NCBI RefSeq assembly: GCF_009914755.1
Contig: NC_060926.1
DNA: 64,000 nucleotides
Strand: one strand, 5' to 3'
From: the human T2T-CHM13v2.0 reference genome, Homo sapiens
Position numbers and translations under genes: made by a program. Under the pieces are notes generated by a model, which was not told where the DNA came from, made no database searches, and worked only from the letters and a program-made list of their open reading frames with translations. Below are positions 1-14,600 of this stretch, one piece after another; the first letter of the stretch is position 1; the number at the start of each line of letters is the position of its first letter.

Positions 1-383
<383 letters not shown>

Positions 384-599
384 TTAATATAGTAGGCTGC
401 CCTTTGTATAGCAAGGGTAGCTGATGTTTTTCATGTTTATGTATTCAAAACAATGTAATCTCTTTTGCCGTATTTCCAGACTTGGTACCTTGGAATATGG
501 CTAATGTTAGCAAGTGAATTTACTATCATTCTCTAAGGGTCAGCTCTGAGCTTCTAGATTACTTTGGTGAAAAGTGTGACATAGCGAATAATAAAACTC

Positions 600-845
600 T
601 CTGCCTCTAGTCCTCCCATGGGACAAATTTGGGAGATACTTTTTATGCTGCTCAGGAAGTCCTGGTGAAACCAAACCCTTGCCATCACTGTTGCAACAGC
701 AGTGACTGGCCTATATTGTTGTTGTTTTCCCCCTTTCTTACTCTTCCTGGTGGCTCACTCCTCTGCCCTGGAATCAGCTCTTAATAGACTACTAACACAC
801 AGGTCTCGTTTCAGGCACTGATTTGCGGGGAAGCTAAGGCAAGCC
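600..845 (+). mobile_element. Old ERVL-class LTR (LTR16-like), 3' part
   Basis: Degenerate LTR16-like 3' end (TTAATAGACTACT...TTTCAGGCACTGATTTGCGGGGAAGCTAAGGC) followed directly by GCTGGTATCAGGAATAG, which resembles the start of an ERVL internal region. Confidence 0.5.
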
Positions 846-1900
846 AGCTGGTATCAGGAATAGCTTTCGAAAGCAGCTGATTAGGATAGATTCTGCAACA
901 CTCACTCACCCGTCAAATAGTAACAAGGACCTTTTGCTAGTGGTAAGTGACTGATTCCTGATGTAACCTGTGGCACGCTGAAGCGTCCCCAAAACAGACT
1001 CACCTGGGTAGATTCAGATGAGGTACAGGTGGGAGGCGAAGGATTTACCCACCCAATAGCTCTAGCACCGGAATAGTAGGAGAGTCGTGGTAACTTAAAA
1101 GATTATGGCACTGGCTACAAAAGTCCTCAAGAAAGAAAACCACTGGATCAGTTTAGCCAACTATCAACTCAGAGTGATCGTAAAATCTGAAAGTCCTTCA
1201 AGGTAGCATTTAAAGAGATTCTCTTCTCATAGAGCCACAGGCAGACTGTGTTGAAAATCAGGCCTGCATTGCAGAGATAAGGGGAGAAAATGCACAGGAG
1301 TGACAGGTTTCCTGCGCAGAAAATGAGGACCCTGATAAAGAAGACTTAAGATGGGAATATTTGGATGCATGAGTCCAAAAATGCTAGAGCCTCCAGATTC
1401 TTCTGGGCTATCTCAGTCAGCAGAAGCAGCCTCTTTCTCCGTGTCTGGAGGTGGAGAAAGCAGCCTGGAGACCATTACAACCTTGACCTGAGAAAGATGC
1501 CATGGGAGGTGAGGCTTGTCTTCCTCAAGATTCATCATCACCTTGCTTTATTCCTCCAGACCAGTACCTGAGGTAAGGGCTCAGCATAGAAGGGAGTAAG
1601 TCCCTGCTCCTGGAGAACATAGCTTACTCATGGAGAAAACTGGCTAATGTATACTGGTGAAACCAGGAGAACCCATGTGGGATGGGCTTTTGAAAATGTT
1701 GGATCAGGGGAAATAGAATACAGTGTTTGCAGAAGGGGATGTATTGACATGGGGGAGTTCTCCCATAACACAGGTTTCCTGGAGACAGCAAAAACTTGCA
1801 GCTGGACATAATGGGCTGCTGCATGACTCCTGGAAGCAGGGACACAATGGTGCCCTACAATTTTAAAAAGGTGTAAATGCCCGGTGGGGTCAGTCTCAAC
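846..1900 (+). mobile_element. ERVL internal region relic (ERV3-16A3/ERVL-E-like) with decayed gag
   Basis: Manual translation at ~1640-1780 gives LANVYW*..PGEPMWDGLLKMLDQGK*N..IDMGEFSHNTGF, resembling ERVL Gag (PGEYVWEWILRVxDxGGRNI...IDMGxLSxDSGF), with stops and frameshifts. Confidence 0.65.
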
Positions 1901-2084
1901 AGTCCCTGCTTTCTCCAAGCAGACCAAGGCAGCTCTGTTCCCAGTGCTTTATCACTGGGAGTTCCACATAAAGTTTTGCTTAGTAACAGCTTTCTGCTGC
2001 TGTTAAAAAAAATGAAGAAAGCACTAGATTAAATGCACCCCAAAACCCTTTCCAGACCCAACGCACCATAGACCCTGATTGGTT

Positions 2085-2295
2085 ATGCTCTGGAGTCTGA
2101 CTGCCCAAGGTCAAAGTCTCGCTTCACATCTTCTGGGCTATAAGAACTAGGACAAAATATTCCACCTGCTTTAGCCTCAATTTGATCTTAAAATTGGGTA
2201 ATAATTTTATCTACCACATAGTTATTGTCTTAAATTATTAAAAACACACACACATGGTTCTTAGCACAGTGCCTGACACATAGTAAATACTTGAT
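2085..2295 (+). mobile_element. MIR SINE
   Basis: CTCTGGAGTCTGACTGCC..., core GCCTCAATTT...AAAATTGGGTAATAAT, 3' CTTAGCACAGTGCCTGACACATAGTAAATACTTGATA. Confidence 0.75.
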
Positions 2296-3630
2296 ACTTA
2301 TTAAAAAATATAGAAATGTCTAAAAAATAAATTCCTTTTGCCAGGTTAGATAGGGCATAGGTAAGTGATATAGTTACATCTATACATATTATATAGATTT
2401 TTAAACCATACAGCATTTTAAATATCAAATAAAAATATTTAGTAGCTGCATTTTAAGTAGAGCCTAGCAGAATAACAATTTATTAGGCGGAAATTGCCAT
2501 TTTTACAGTTCAAAAGAGGCTGAAGACAGGCAATTCCTTTTTTTTAAACCTAATATCCAAAATGCAGCAACTTTTGGAAAAGGATGGACCTTCCTGAGGT
2601 ACAGGCTGGTAGGGGTGCGGCCAATGACTCCCTACCCCTGTGAATGCAGAACTAAGCTACTTATTTCTTGGCGATGACCTCACAGTGTCCACGGACTGCT
2701 GATTAGGCCAACTTTCATCACTACTTCCAAACATGAGTTCCGTGATGAAGAACAGAGTTATATCAAGTCAGAATAACTTCCTGGTTCCATGTCTGTGGCA
2801 GCAAAACCAGTCAGCTTAATCCTTAGTATGCTTATTTGAAACCCAGATTAAGACAAAATGTGCATGAAGGTAGGCAATGGAGTGGCTACACTTGTACCTA
2901 CAGGCCTCATGATTGTGTGAATTGCAAAGCTTAGTACTGCTTGTCTTGGGGAAGAGTTAGAGACATGAAAATGAGAAGTCTACTGGTATTTTCAGTGAGA
3001 ATATTGTTATCCCATACATTATACTTCAAGGTTTAATGGGATTACAATTTAGGCAGTCTGTTGTTATTTTCTCTCATTTTGCTTTTTCACAGTTTATATA
3101 ACAACTTAAAAGAACATTCAGATAGAAATTTTGTAATGCCTGAGTCACATAGAGACTACTTATATATTCCTTTCATCTTGAGTTTTTCCTTCTCTAGAAT
3201 TTTACCAGGTAAATATATGAGCACAGGGTTGATGTCTAAAAGGAGTCCTTTCCACTTAGCTTATGTGGTCCCTGGAAATGTCACAGAATCTTTGGACTCA
3301 TTCCCATGGCAACAGGCAACTCTATCACCAAGGACACTGCCAGCTTTTCTTAAGGTTTGCTCTATATTTGAGATTCAAAGCTATCTGCTTTAATAATATT
3401 TATTTTGGGATGCATTATGATGCACCGTGACTGCAGAAATGACTTATTTGTTATACACGCTTGAGATGGGAAGATAATCAATGCCTCTTCACTAAGGAAG
3501 CAAAATATGGATTATGTTTAAAGGGCTTTGCTATGCTGCATTATTGGAAGTTTTTGTATGGCTAGGCACTGGAATAAGCTAAAAGAATGGGGATAGATAG
3601 AAAATATCAAATTAGGCATTGCTAACTGGA

Positions 3631-3673
3631 ACACACACACATACACACGTGCACGCACATACATACATGCACA
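3631..3673. repeat. Imperfect (CA)n/(CATA)n microsatellite
   Basis: ACACACACACATACACACGTGCACGCACATACATACATGCACAC. Confidence 0.7.
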
Positions 3674-4540
3674 CCATCAACAGCAAAACAGTAGACATCA
3701 TAGAATAATAAACAGCCACTGTGCATGCTCAAGCACTAAAGCAGAAGGGTTTATTTTCAGCCATCTTAACTGTGAAATTTGCCATGGAGATAAAAGCTGT
3801 ATTCAGTGGTGTCTTGTCACCAAGTGTCTGTGCTGTTAGGGATATTAGCAAGGGTCACCAGGGTATGACTGTTTTTCTGCATCTGAGCCCTCTTTCTTTT
3901 GTCCCATTTTTCTATGATGGGACATGAGGAGAGGAAATTATTGGTGACATCAGTAGATATGATCTATTAAAAGAAGCGTGTCTGGTGAAATGAAAACAAA
4001 TTTGGAAGGCTACACAAGGGAGACTATGAAAAAAATTAGCAATGCCTCCCCCACTCACAGAGGATAGTTTGGGGTGGGACTTATATAGGTTTAGAAAGAT
4101 CTCCAGGTAATTCCAATGTGTGACCAAGACTGATTAGCTTAATCACCTTAGAGATTATTAACATTTAACTTGGTAAATGTTTCTTTTTGCATCATATCAC
4201 TCTGACATATGGGCCTACGTTCCAGTTTTAATCAAGATACACTAGGTTATTTTAAAACTTTCAAGGTATCCTTATCCATATCATCTCACTAAATTCTCAG
4301 AATCATCTCATTCTGAGAGGAATGTACTACTTTTTGCCAGAAAAAGAAGCACACATCGTGTAACTCAATGGCACAGTCACATTTGTGGCATACAATCTGA
4401 TTCTGAAGCTGATATTTTACTATTCCCCACTGTCTTCATCAACGTCTATCAGATTATATTCTCAGAACCTGAGATTAGGTAAAAGGGGATGGCAGAAAGT
4501 GAAGGACAGGTTTGGGCATATTAAGGTTGACTGTTTCTCT

Positions 4541-4935
4541 ATGCATTTCTTTCCTAAGGCTGCTGTACAAAGTACCCCAAATAGGGTGACTTAACACATT
4601 CTCTTGCAGTTCTGGAGGCCAGAAGTTTGAAATCAAGTCTCCCTGCAATCCTGGCATTCCTTGGCTTGTAGCTGACTCACTCTAGTCTCTGCTTTTGTCT
4701 TCATGTAGCCTTCTTTGCAGCTCTTCTATGTTTCTGCTGAAAACCTCTGTATTATTTCTTTTATGGAGACACTTGTCATTGGATTTAGGGCCCATCATAA
4801 TCTGGGATGGATATCTCATCTAGAGATTCTAAACTAATTACACCTGCAAAGACTCTATTCCCAAATAAGGTCATAGTCTGAAGTTCCAGGTGGCCATGAA
4901 TTTGGGTGGGGGGGGACACTATTGAACCCTCTATA
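4541..4935 (-). mobile_element. MaLR solo LTR (MLT1B/C-like)
   Basis: GCTGCTGTACAAAGTACC...CAGTTCTGGAGGCCAGAAGT...ATTGGATTTAGGGCCC...CTGCAAAGACTCTATTCCCAAATAAGGTCA...GGGGGACACTATTGAACCC. Confidence 0.8.
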
Positions 4936-5399
4936 CTCTGCAGTTGAAATTTGGATCTACTAGTCACTCCTCAGTGAGGAAAGCAGTGCTTCTCTCTTGT
5001 GAGATTTGTACAGAATGGAAAAAAGGGGTGAGAACAGGTAACTGAGAGTCAGCCTTTCTGGGAGCCCTGGAAAAACCCAGGTAGGTTCTACAGGACATTC
5101 TTAGGAGATCTTCTGAAGGATTACAAAACTGTGGAAACCTTTTGCTCTCAAGGCAATTAGTCACTCATGTAGAGTGGCATAAGAAGGCTTGTCTTCCTAT
5201 CTATGCTTGTTGGTTTAACAGGAATTACTGGGTACAGTATTTGCTTTTTTTTTTTTACAAGCATTAAACAAAATTTGGGGGCACAGAGAAAAAGCCATGG
5301 ACTCTGATCTGGAGGAGTTGACAACTTGGAGTGTGAGGTAACCTTATCTCCTACCAGAGGAGCTAAAAAGGCTTATGGGAATACCAGCTAGCTTGTCAG

Positions 5400-5730
5400 C
5401 TAATGACAAGAGTTCCTAATAAAAATAAATAATCCATGAAGGAAATGGGCAAAGACTTTGACCAGGCAAAGAGAACCAAAACCAGTGTCAAGGTACCCTG
5501 GGGATATCACACTGTACATTTGCAGAAGGTTCTTTCCACAAAGGATGGATCTGGGGCACATGGAGGGGAAGTGATGTCCCTTGTTCCCTGGAATGTAGCA
5601 AGCATTCAAAGGTGTTGGTGGGTGGGAAGAAATCTGTGACTATTCCCAGGAGGAGCTGCTTTATACAGACAGGTGTTTTCTGGGAGGTGATGGAGGTGGA
5701 GAAGGTGAAATTGCCTTGGTTAATTGGAAA
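5400..5730 (+). mobile_element. Highly decayed L1M 3' fragment
   Basis: AAATAATCCATGAAGGAAATGGGCAAAGACTTTGACCAGG resembles the L1 ORF2 C-terminal segment encoding NPIKKWAKDLNR. Confidence 0.45.
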
Positions 5731-7312
5731 CACTGAGTCTTACACAGAATTTAATGCCCGCCGAAACTTATAGAGTATACGAGGTAGAATTTCACCTGTT
5801 GTCAATCAAGTTTAGGTAACCCATTGAAGTATGTTTTCTAGAGAGTTTCAGCAGCTTATGGGTGGTCTTGTAGGGCTTGAATGTGTACCAGTTGTGCCTG
5901 GGTCCAGTGATCTTTCTCCACTCTACTTGAAGAGAAGTGTGTGTGTAAACCATGATTCTTCCTCCTCAAAACCTCTTGCTTATTCAAGTTAAACCAAAGT
6001 TTTGCTTTTAAGAGATTTTAGAAAGAAAAGCCATAACTTAAGAATACATTTTTTTTTCCAGAAAAGCTTGTTCTTTTATTTCATTATTTGCAAGTAAAGC
6101 AAATACAGGACCTTAAAAGTCACTTGTAGCTAAGGAAACACCCTAACCTCACTATGTCTACCATGTTTCCCAAGGCGTCTTTCTTGGCCTTCCCGCCCCC
6201 TTATAATTCTCTACTTGGACTATACCCTGTGGCTTTCCTTGTGCCTATTCATTTGTGCACGTGTTCCTATTTGCCTATAATGGCATCCTGTTTTAAGATC
6301 CTTGTAGAGACTGAGACTAAATCAAATGAAACAGTTTAAGATAATGGTGTTAGTTCAAACAGTACAGGTTTTTCCACTGGTGCATTTAATTACCGTATTA
6401 GGATTCAGAGCTGGTGGTGAATACATTTTATTCCTAATTAAAATACACCCAGGGAAAGTGACATTGAAAGGATTTGACCCAATTCACTTTGGAAATCTTC
6501 TGTTGAGAAACCTTAGAAGACTCTCAGTGTTGAATATTCAGGGCCAGAGGTACTATATCAGTATTTTGTTTCTTTGCGTTTTTGTCTATGGGAATATCTA
6601 TAGATGTCAGGAAGTAGTACAGGTGTCAGGATGTTTCTTCAGCTCCACAGCTTATGAATATACATGCAGGTCACGTTAAACAAAATAATCCATATTTTTA
6701 TCCCTCTAACCCTCATAGCTGACATAGGACTTGCAGTCCCACTTAGATGAAAACCTCACCCAGTTATGGGTTGAGAGTCCTCAGGGAACATCTCACCTGC
6801 TCACAAATACCTTTCTCAGACTGTCTTCCATTGTGACCCCTCTCCAAGAATTTGTTTGGGAGTAAGAGGTGACCTAGTGATTGGAACAGATAATGTCATG
6901 GTCACAATAGTATATATATAGCAGTGGTTACATTAATTTGGTATGAATTTCTTTCTGGAAACCAAAACTTAGTTTGAGTTACATAGGATATGGTGTAAGT
7001 ACAGCTTTCTTCATCCAAAAATATTCTGGTTAATTTAAGAAATGTGTTATGTGTTGTAAGTCTCTAACTTCATGTATAAATTTCATAACCTCAGTATTTC
7101 GATATTTGGTATTTCCACATTTAAAACATTACTAAAACACAAATTAATTTTGCCTTAAAGTTAAAATAAGAAGAATATATTTAACCTTGTAGATGTTGTT
7201 AGTATCTGAAGCCAGGTTGAATCTTGTATTGGGAGGAAAGTAAGATGGCTGAAAATCAAGACATTGATTCTTAAATCACTATTTATCAGCTCTCCTTTTA
7301 AAGTTGTTTACA

Positions 7313-7641
<329 letters not shown>

Positions 7642-7729
7642 TTAACAATCTTTACCTTTATGCTACTCAAGGGATTTCTAGAATTCTGATGTTTACCTTG
7701 CATAATTTATTGTTACAAAGACATTTTGA

Positions 7730-7905
7730 CTTATGTTTGATCTTTATCATGCTCTTCTGGAATAGAGAGAGCCATGGGTGTCACCCTTCTTTTCCATTTG
7801 AAGACCTGGAGGCTCAGGAAGGCACTTAAGTGTCTAAGATCATACAGCTTTTGTGTGGCAGAGCTGAACTTTGTAGCCAGGTCTCCCGGCTCCAGCCTTG
7901 GCACA
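7730..7905 (-). mobile_element. MIR SINE
   Basis: GAAGACCTGGAGGCTCAGGAAGG...TGGCAGAGCTGAACTTTGTAGCCAGGTCTCCCGGCTCCAGCC. Confidence 0.6.
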
Positions 7906-8064
7906 TTCCCTCATGTGTCCCTTAGTGGCGTGAGAACAAGTGTCCCTGTTCCTGTGTACTTGGCATCAGGGATTCTTTCTATGGCCGTGTCTAGCCTGGG
8001 CTGCCCAGGAGAACACATGGCAGTCTCATTTCATGGCTTTCTGGCTTGCAGAAAAGAAATTGAC

Positions 8065-8230
8065 TTTTGAGAGCCTATGATGTGCCAAGCATCAAACAGT
8101 TCTCACAGCTACTCTATAAAGGTAGGTATAATCACCAGTTTTTACCGACAAATTTTAGATTTGAAGAGGTTTAACTTGCCAAGCAGCTCATTTAGATGAT
8201 GGGAAAGTCAGGATTTAAGTCCAGGTCATC
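8065..8230 (-). mobile_element. MIR SINE
   Basis: GAGAGCCTATGATGTGCCAAGCA...AGAGGTTTAACTTGCCAAG...TCAGGATTTAAGTCCAGGTC. Confidence 0.6.
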
Positions 8231-9714
8231 TTGTTGTTTCTATTGTATCAATTGCCTTCTGATTATGTCTAGAAAGAATAGGCAAGGAAGCAGGAAAAGA
8301 GTCATGGAAAAAAAATACTGTGCTCAAAATGAGGGGAGATGGGAGGTTCTTCATGCTTATATGAACTTCATTTAGTGAGGGTTAGATACCGGGCTAGTCT
8401 GAATACGAGGCAGAGATGTAACTGTTTAACTTGTGTGACTTGAGAATCCCTGGAGGACTCCTAAACAACCTGAAAATGTTTCTCTCACCAACATGCAGGA
8501 AACTATATCTTGTAGTCCTTTTTAAACAATCAAAATGCTCCTGCAAGGATCATATACATTAGGGTTAATTTGTTTAACTAGAGATTGATATAAGATTCAG
8601 TAGCTCTCTGCTGTATACTCTAATTAAGATCCTCCAGGATGAAAAACACACAGCAGGTGTACTGGAAAGCAGTCGGTGAACAGGGGCTGATGTGGACAGA
8701 GTAGGCTGAAGAGGGGCCTCAAAGAGGAAGATGATCTGTAAGCTGGCAGGGACCAAAGCCCCACATGAAGCTGTGAAAGTGACAAATGGAGAGGAGAGAA
8801 AGTTCCAGAGGCCCATTTTTGCCCATTTTTTACCATGTGTTCCACTGCTACTGTTACTTACATTTGTCCCCTGCTTTCATTTCTATGAAAATTCTAGAAG
8901 TTTTCCTTTGTCATTAAAAGCAAGGGTATTTTATTTTTGTAGACCAGCATTTCAAATATTCTGTGAATTCTGATTCATTATTTTTCCACACTCTGCAAAC
9001 AGTACCATTCAACAGCAAAACATTATCACTTGATTAATAAAAGCTTACTCCTGACAGTTCATTTTTGAGAAATACCAACTCATAGTCACTTGTCTCTATT
9101 CGTGATCCTGCAGCACACTAACTTTTTTGCTCTCAGTATTTGGCAAAATCTTACTATTGCAGCAACTGTTCCCCGAAATTCTCCTGTTGTTCGTCACAGA
9201 CCTGACAGCCCACGTTCCTCCTGCTGCTCTTGCTGACACCCGTTTTAAGCTTGGTGCACCATAAATAGGATCCTCAGCCCCTGCTGGCTGCCTCATTATC
9301 TTCATCCGATTTCTACTCCTTTACACCTATCAGGTTTTCTATAGCCAGTTAAGCATACCCATAATTAATGAGTAGTTTTCTACTTTCTCCTTCTGCATAT
9401 AATATACAGTTTCTTCCTAACAGGTCAGGTATGTGGTTTTACTTTTTAATTTTTCCTTTTTAGCTAGCTCAGAAATCTGCCATCCAACGTCATCACTCAC
9501 AATGTGACAAGGCTTGGAAACCTTGGGCAGCACATGAAAGGGACAAAAGATAAATTAGTGAAGTTGATCTGTCTGTAATTAGAGGACCTAATTTCTTTTC
9601 TCTTGTCTTGTGTTTACAGCTAGTGAAAATGGTCAAGAGACCACATTTATATTTTGCACACTGATTTGTTTTGGCATGTGTTTTTTAATGATAAATGAAC
9701 ATAGTATAATTATC

Positions 9715-10090
9715 TCAAGTCACCCTGAGTCTACAGAGACCCTGTGATCCAGATGACAGCATCTAGCCATTAGCTCCTTCAGGGTCCACCTTAGCTGCAG
9801 AAGGGTACTCAGTCTATGCTGACCCTTTCCTGGTCAGCCGCATGTAGTGAGTCAGTGTGGCAGGGGTACAAAGAACCAACTGTCTGGATCTCACTTGGGA
9901 TGTACTTGCCAGGGACACCTCAGAGTTCCCCTCCAAGTTGACCAAGGCTTTGCTGACCTTGGCCACAGTTTGATTATCCTTCTGCCACCCTATTTCGGTC
10001 CTGTCCCTTTCTTTCACAGGCTGGTTCCTCATAAATGTCTTGCCCCCAACTCAGTATCAGTATCTGCTTCCAGATAATCCAACCTGTGAC
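9715..10090 (+). mobile_element. ERVL solo LTR (LTR16A-like)
   Basis: AGCTCCTTCAGGGTCCACCTTAGCTGCAGA... and 3' end CTCAGTATCAGTATCTGCTTCCAGATAATCCAACCTGTGACA. Confidence 0.65.
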
Positions 10091-11059
10091 AGTGAATGAC
10101 ACTATTTATTTAAATAAGTCTATGCTTTCTGGCTTCTTGGAGTCTCAAAAATAGAGGTACCCAGATTTCTGTTAGGATTTCTGAGACGCTCCACCTGGGC
10201 CAGGTCAGGCAGTCAGGGTGGAAGGGGAGGCGTGGAAGGCAAGGATACAGGCTTATTCCTGGGGAGGCCTGTGGCTCTGGCTCTGATGACTGCAAAACTC
10301 CTCTGTGAAGAGGCAGCTTGTGTCTTCCTACCTAGCCCCACTCCAAGATCAGAGCATGTGGGATTAAAACATGGCAGGCTGTTACTTACTGTCCGGTGTC
10401 AGTGGTTAGACTTTCCACAGTGCAGCTCCTTCCTGTCATACAAGAGAAGGTAGAACATCATGGTGGAATGTGCAGGCATTGGACTCAGTGCAGGTCTGGG
10501 CTTTTGATAGCTTTATTGAGAGACAATTAACTTATAATAAACCACATATTTAAAGGGTTTGACATATATAGCATTTAAAAAACTGGTCTGTTTCCTGTGT
10601 GTGTGCATGCGTGTGTCTACGTGTGTGTACACACACATACCATTATCACAATCAAGATAGCAAACATATCCATCATCTCTAGAATTTCCTCTTGACCATT
10701 TGCAATCCTTTCCTCTGCCTCTCTGCCCCAACCCCCATCTCCAGGCAACAACTGATTTGCACTTTGTCATTATAAGTTTTCCTTTTCCCACAACTTTATA
10801 TAATTGGAATCATTCAATATGTACTCTTCATTTTTGTCTGCCTCCTTTCACTCAGCATAATTATTTTGAGATTCATTTGTGCTGTTTCATGTATCAATTA
10901 TTCATTCCTTTTTATTGCTGAGTAAAATTCCATTCTATAGATTTACCACAATTTCTTGATCCATTCACATATCGAAGAACATTTGGGTTGTTTCTGGTTG
11001 TTTTTTGGGGGGCAATTATGACTAAAGCTGCTATAAATATTTGTGTTCATTTATTTCGG

Positions 11060-11240
11060 GACAGATCAACAATTTTTTTCTGTAAAGGGACAGATTATAG
11101 ATATTTAGGCTTTGCTGGATATATAGTTTCTGTTGCAACTCCTCAGCACTTCCCCTGAAGTATAAAAAGAACCACAGTCATTACATAAATAAGTGTGGCT
11201 GTGTTCCAATACAACTTCATTTTCAAAAACGTGTGACTCT
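11060..11240 (+). mobile_element. MER58A-like hAT-Charlie MITE
   Basis: TTTTTCTGTAAAGGGACAGATTATAGATATTTAGGCTTTGC...GTGTGGCTGTGTTCCAATACAACTT. Confidence 0.75.
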
Positions 11241-11453
11241 TGCTTTATGGTAAATACTTTCGAGTGGAATTGATGGGCCATATGGAAAGTGTATGTTTAA
11301 TTTTATAAGAAACTGCCAAACTGTTTTCAAGAGCAGCTCTATTTTGCAATCTCACTAGCAACATGTGAGAGTTCCAGTTGCTCCTCATCCTCATCAACAC
11401 TTGGTATGGGTAGTTCTTTGTTATGTATTTTTTATATTTAGCCCTTCTTATAG

Positions 11454-11751
<298 letters not shown>

Positions 11752-12099
11752 AGATGTTTCATGTGCTTTTTGGCCATCAGTATATCTTTAGTGGAGTGTT
11801 TGCTCAAATTTTTGGTACATTTTAAAAAATTGGTCTGTTCCCTGTTTGTTGGGTTTTGAGAGTTCTTGAACCTGGATACAAGTCCTTCATCAGATATATG
11901 GTTTGCACATATTTTCTCCCAGTCACTAGCTTATCTTTTCATTTCTTAACCTTTTTCAGAGCAAAAAAGTTCTAAATTGTTATTGTCTAATATGTCAACT
12001 CTTTTTCTATTATAGACTGTACTTTTGTTGTTATATCTAAAAACTCTGCCTGGCCAAATGTCACAAAGATTTTCTTCTATATTTTCTTCCAAATATTTA

Positions 12100-14600
12100 A
12101 TACAATTTTATTTACTATAATCCTCATTTTGTACATTAGAGCTCTAGACTTGTTTATCATACATATGTGTTACTTCATATCCTTTGATGAAATCTGCCTA
12201 TTACCCCCTTCCCATGATAACCATTGTTTCTTTATCTTTGCATGTTCCATAATTTTTTTATAGATTACACACATAAGTCAGGTTATACAATATTTTTCTT
12301 TCTGTGTCTGGCTTATTTCACTTAGCATAATGCCTTTCAGTTTTATCTATGTTGTGGCAAATTGCAAGATCTTCTCTTTCAAGGCTGGGTAATACTCCGT
12401 TGTACATATATGCCACATTTTATTTATCCACTCATCTGTTGATGGACACTTAGGTTGGTTCCATATCTTGGCCATTGTGAATGATGCTGGATTGAACATG
12501 GAAGTGCAGATATCTTTATGAGGTGGTTATATAATCTCCTTTGGGATATACACAGCAGAGGAATTGCTGGGTCATATGGTGGTTCTACTTTTAATTTCTT
12601 TGGGACCCTTTATACTGTTTCCATAATGGCTGTACCAATCTGTATTTCCACCAACAATATTCCAGGGTTTCTCTTTCTCTACACCCTCACCAACATTTGT
12701 TATTCCTTATCTTTTTGATTATAGCCATCCTAACAAGTGTGAGATGATACAGTGGTTTTTACTTGTATTTCCCTGATGATTAGTGATGTTGAGTACCTTA
12801 TGTATCCGTTGACAACTTTTATATCTTCTTAGGAGAAATGTATGTTCAGGTCCTTTGCCCGTTTTTTAATCTGGTTATTTGTTTTTTGTTTTTTTGTTGT
12901 TGAGTTGTAAGGGTTCTATATACAATTTGGATATTAACCCCTCATAAGATATGTGATTTGTGAATACTTTGATGTAGTTCCATTTATTTATTTTTGCTTT
13001 TGTAGCCTGAGTTTTTGGTGTGTCATCAAAAAAATCGTTGCTAAGGCCAGTGTCAAGGAACTCTTCCCTTGTGTACTTTTCTAGGATTTTTATGGTTTCA
13101 GGGCTTACATTTAGGTCTTTTATTCATTTTTGAGTTGATTTTTGTGTATGGTGTAAGATAAGGGTCCCATTTTATTCTTTTGCATGTGCAGATTCAGTTT
13201 TCCCCACACAATTTATTGAATACACTATTCTTTTACCACTGTGTTCTCTTGGTACCCTTGTTGAAAATTGACTATTTATGTTTGGATTTATTCTTGGGCT
13301 CTCTATTCTGTTTCATTAGTCTATGTTTCTGTTTTTATGCCAGTACCATACTGTTTCGATTAATGTAGCTTTATGATACAATTTTAAATCAGGAAGTATG
13401 ATGCCTCTAACTTTGTTTTTCTTTTACAGTATTGCTTTGACTATTCAGGTTTTTTGTTGTTGTTGCTGGCAGGCAGGGTCCTATACAAATTTTAGGATTG
13501 CTTTTTCTATTTCTATGAAGAATGCCATTGGAATTTTGAGAGAGATTACACTGAATCTGTATATTATGTTCAGTAATATGAATATTTTAACAATATTCTT
13601 CTGATCCATAAACACAGTATCTCTTTCAATTTATTTTTATTTTCTTCAATTTATTTCATCAATGTTTTGTAGTTTTTAGTATACAAATTTTTCACCTTGG
13701 TTGAATTTATTCCTAAATTTATTTTTTAATTACTTTCATAAATGGGATTATTTTCTTGATTTCTTTTTCAACTAGGTCTAATTTGCACACAGAAATGCTA
13801 CTGATTTTTGTATGTTGATTTTTATACCCTGCAACACTCGTGAGTCCATTTAGTAATTCTAAGATTTTTTTGTGAAATCTTTAGGGTTTCTATATGAAGA
13901 AACATGTAGGATCATGCCATCTGCAAATAGAGATGATTTTATTCCTTCATTTTCAATTTGGATGCTGTTTACTCGTTTTCTTGTCTAATTTCTCTTGCTA
14001 GCACTTCCAGTACTGTGTTACATAGAAATGGTGAAAGTGGGCTTCCCTGACTTGTGCTGGTTCTTAGTTAAATATCTTTTAGTAGTTCCCTATTGGTTAT
14101 TGTGTTAGCTGTAGCTTTTTAATGAATGCCTTCATTATGTTAAGAATCTCCCCTTCTATACCTAAATTGTTCAGAGTTTTTATCAAGAAAAAATGCTGAA
14201 CTTTGTCAAATCTTTTTCTGCATTAAGTAAGATGATCATGTGGTTTTTATCTTTCACTCTATTAATGTGATGTATTACCTTGATTGATTGCATTTGGTAA
14301 ACCAGCCTTGCATGCCAGGGATGAATCTTACCTGGTCACAATGTATAATTTTTTTCATGTGTTTTGAATTCAGTTTGCTAATATTTTATTGAGATTTTTT
14401 GCATCAGCATTCATCAGAGATATTGGCCTGTAGTTTTCTTGAAGTATCTTTGTCTGGCTTAGGTATCAAAGTAATACCTAATTGTTTAGGTATTACTGGC
14501 CTTGTATATGTGTTTGGAAGTATTCCCTCTAGCTCTGTTGTTATGAAGAGTTTAAGAAGTATTAGTGATAATTCTTTTTAAAATGTTTGGTAGAATTCAG
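12100..14600 (-). mobile_element. L1MA-type fragment (3' UTR plus part of ORF2)
   Basis: TTGTACATTAGAGCTCTAGACTTG 3' UTR, then continuous antisense ORF2-like sequence to AATGTTTGGTAGAATTCAGC. Confidence 0.85.
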
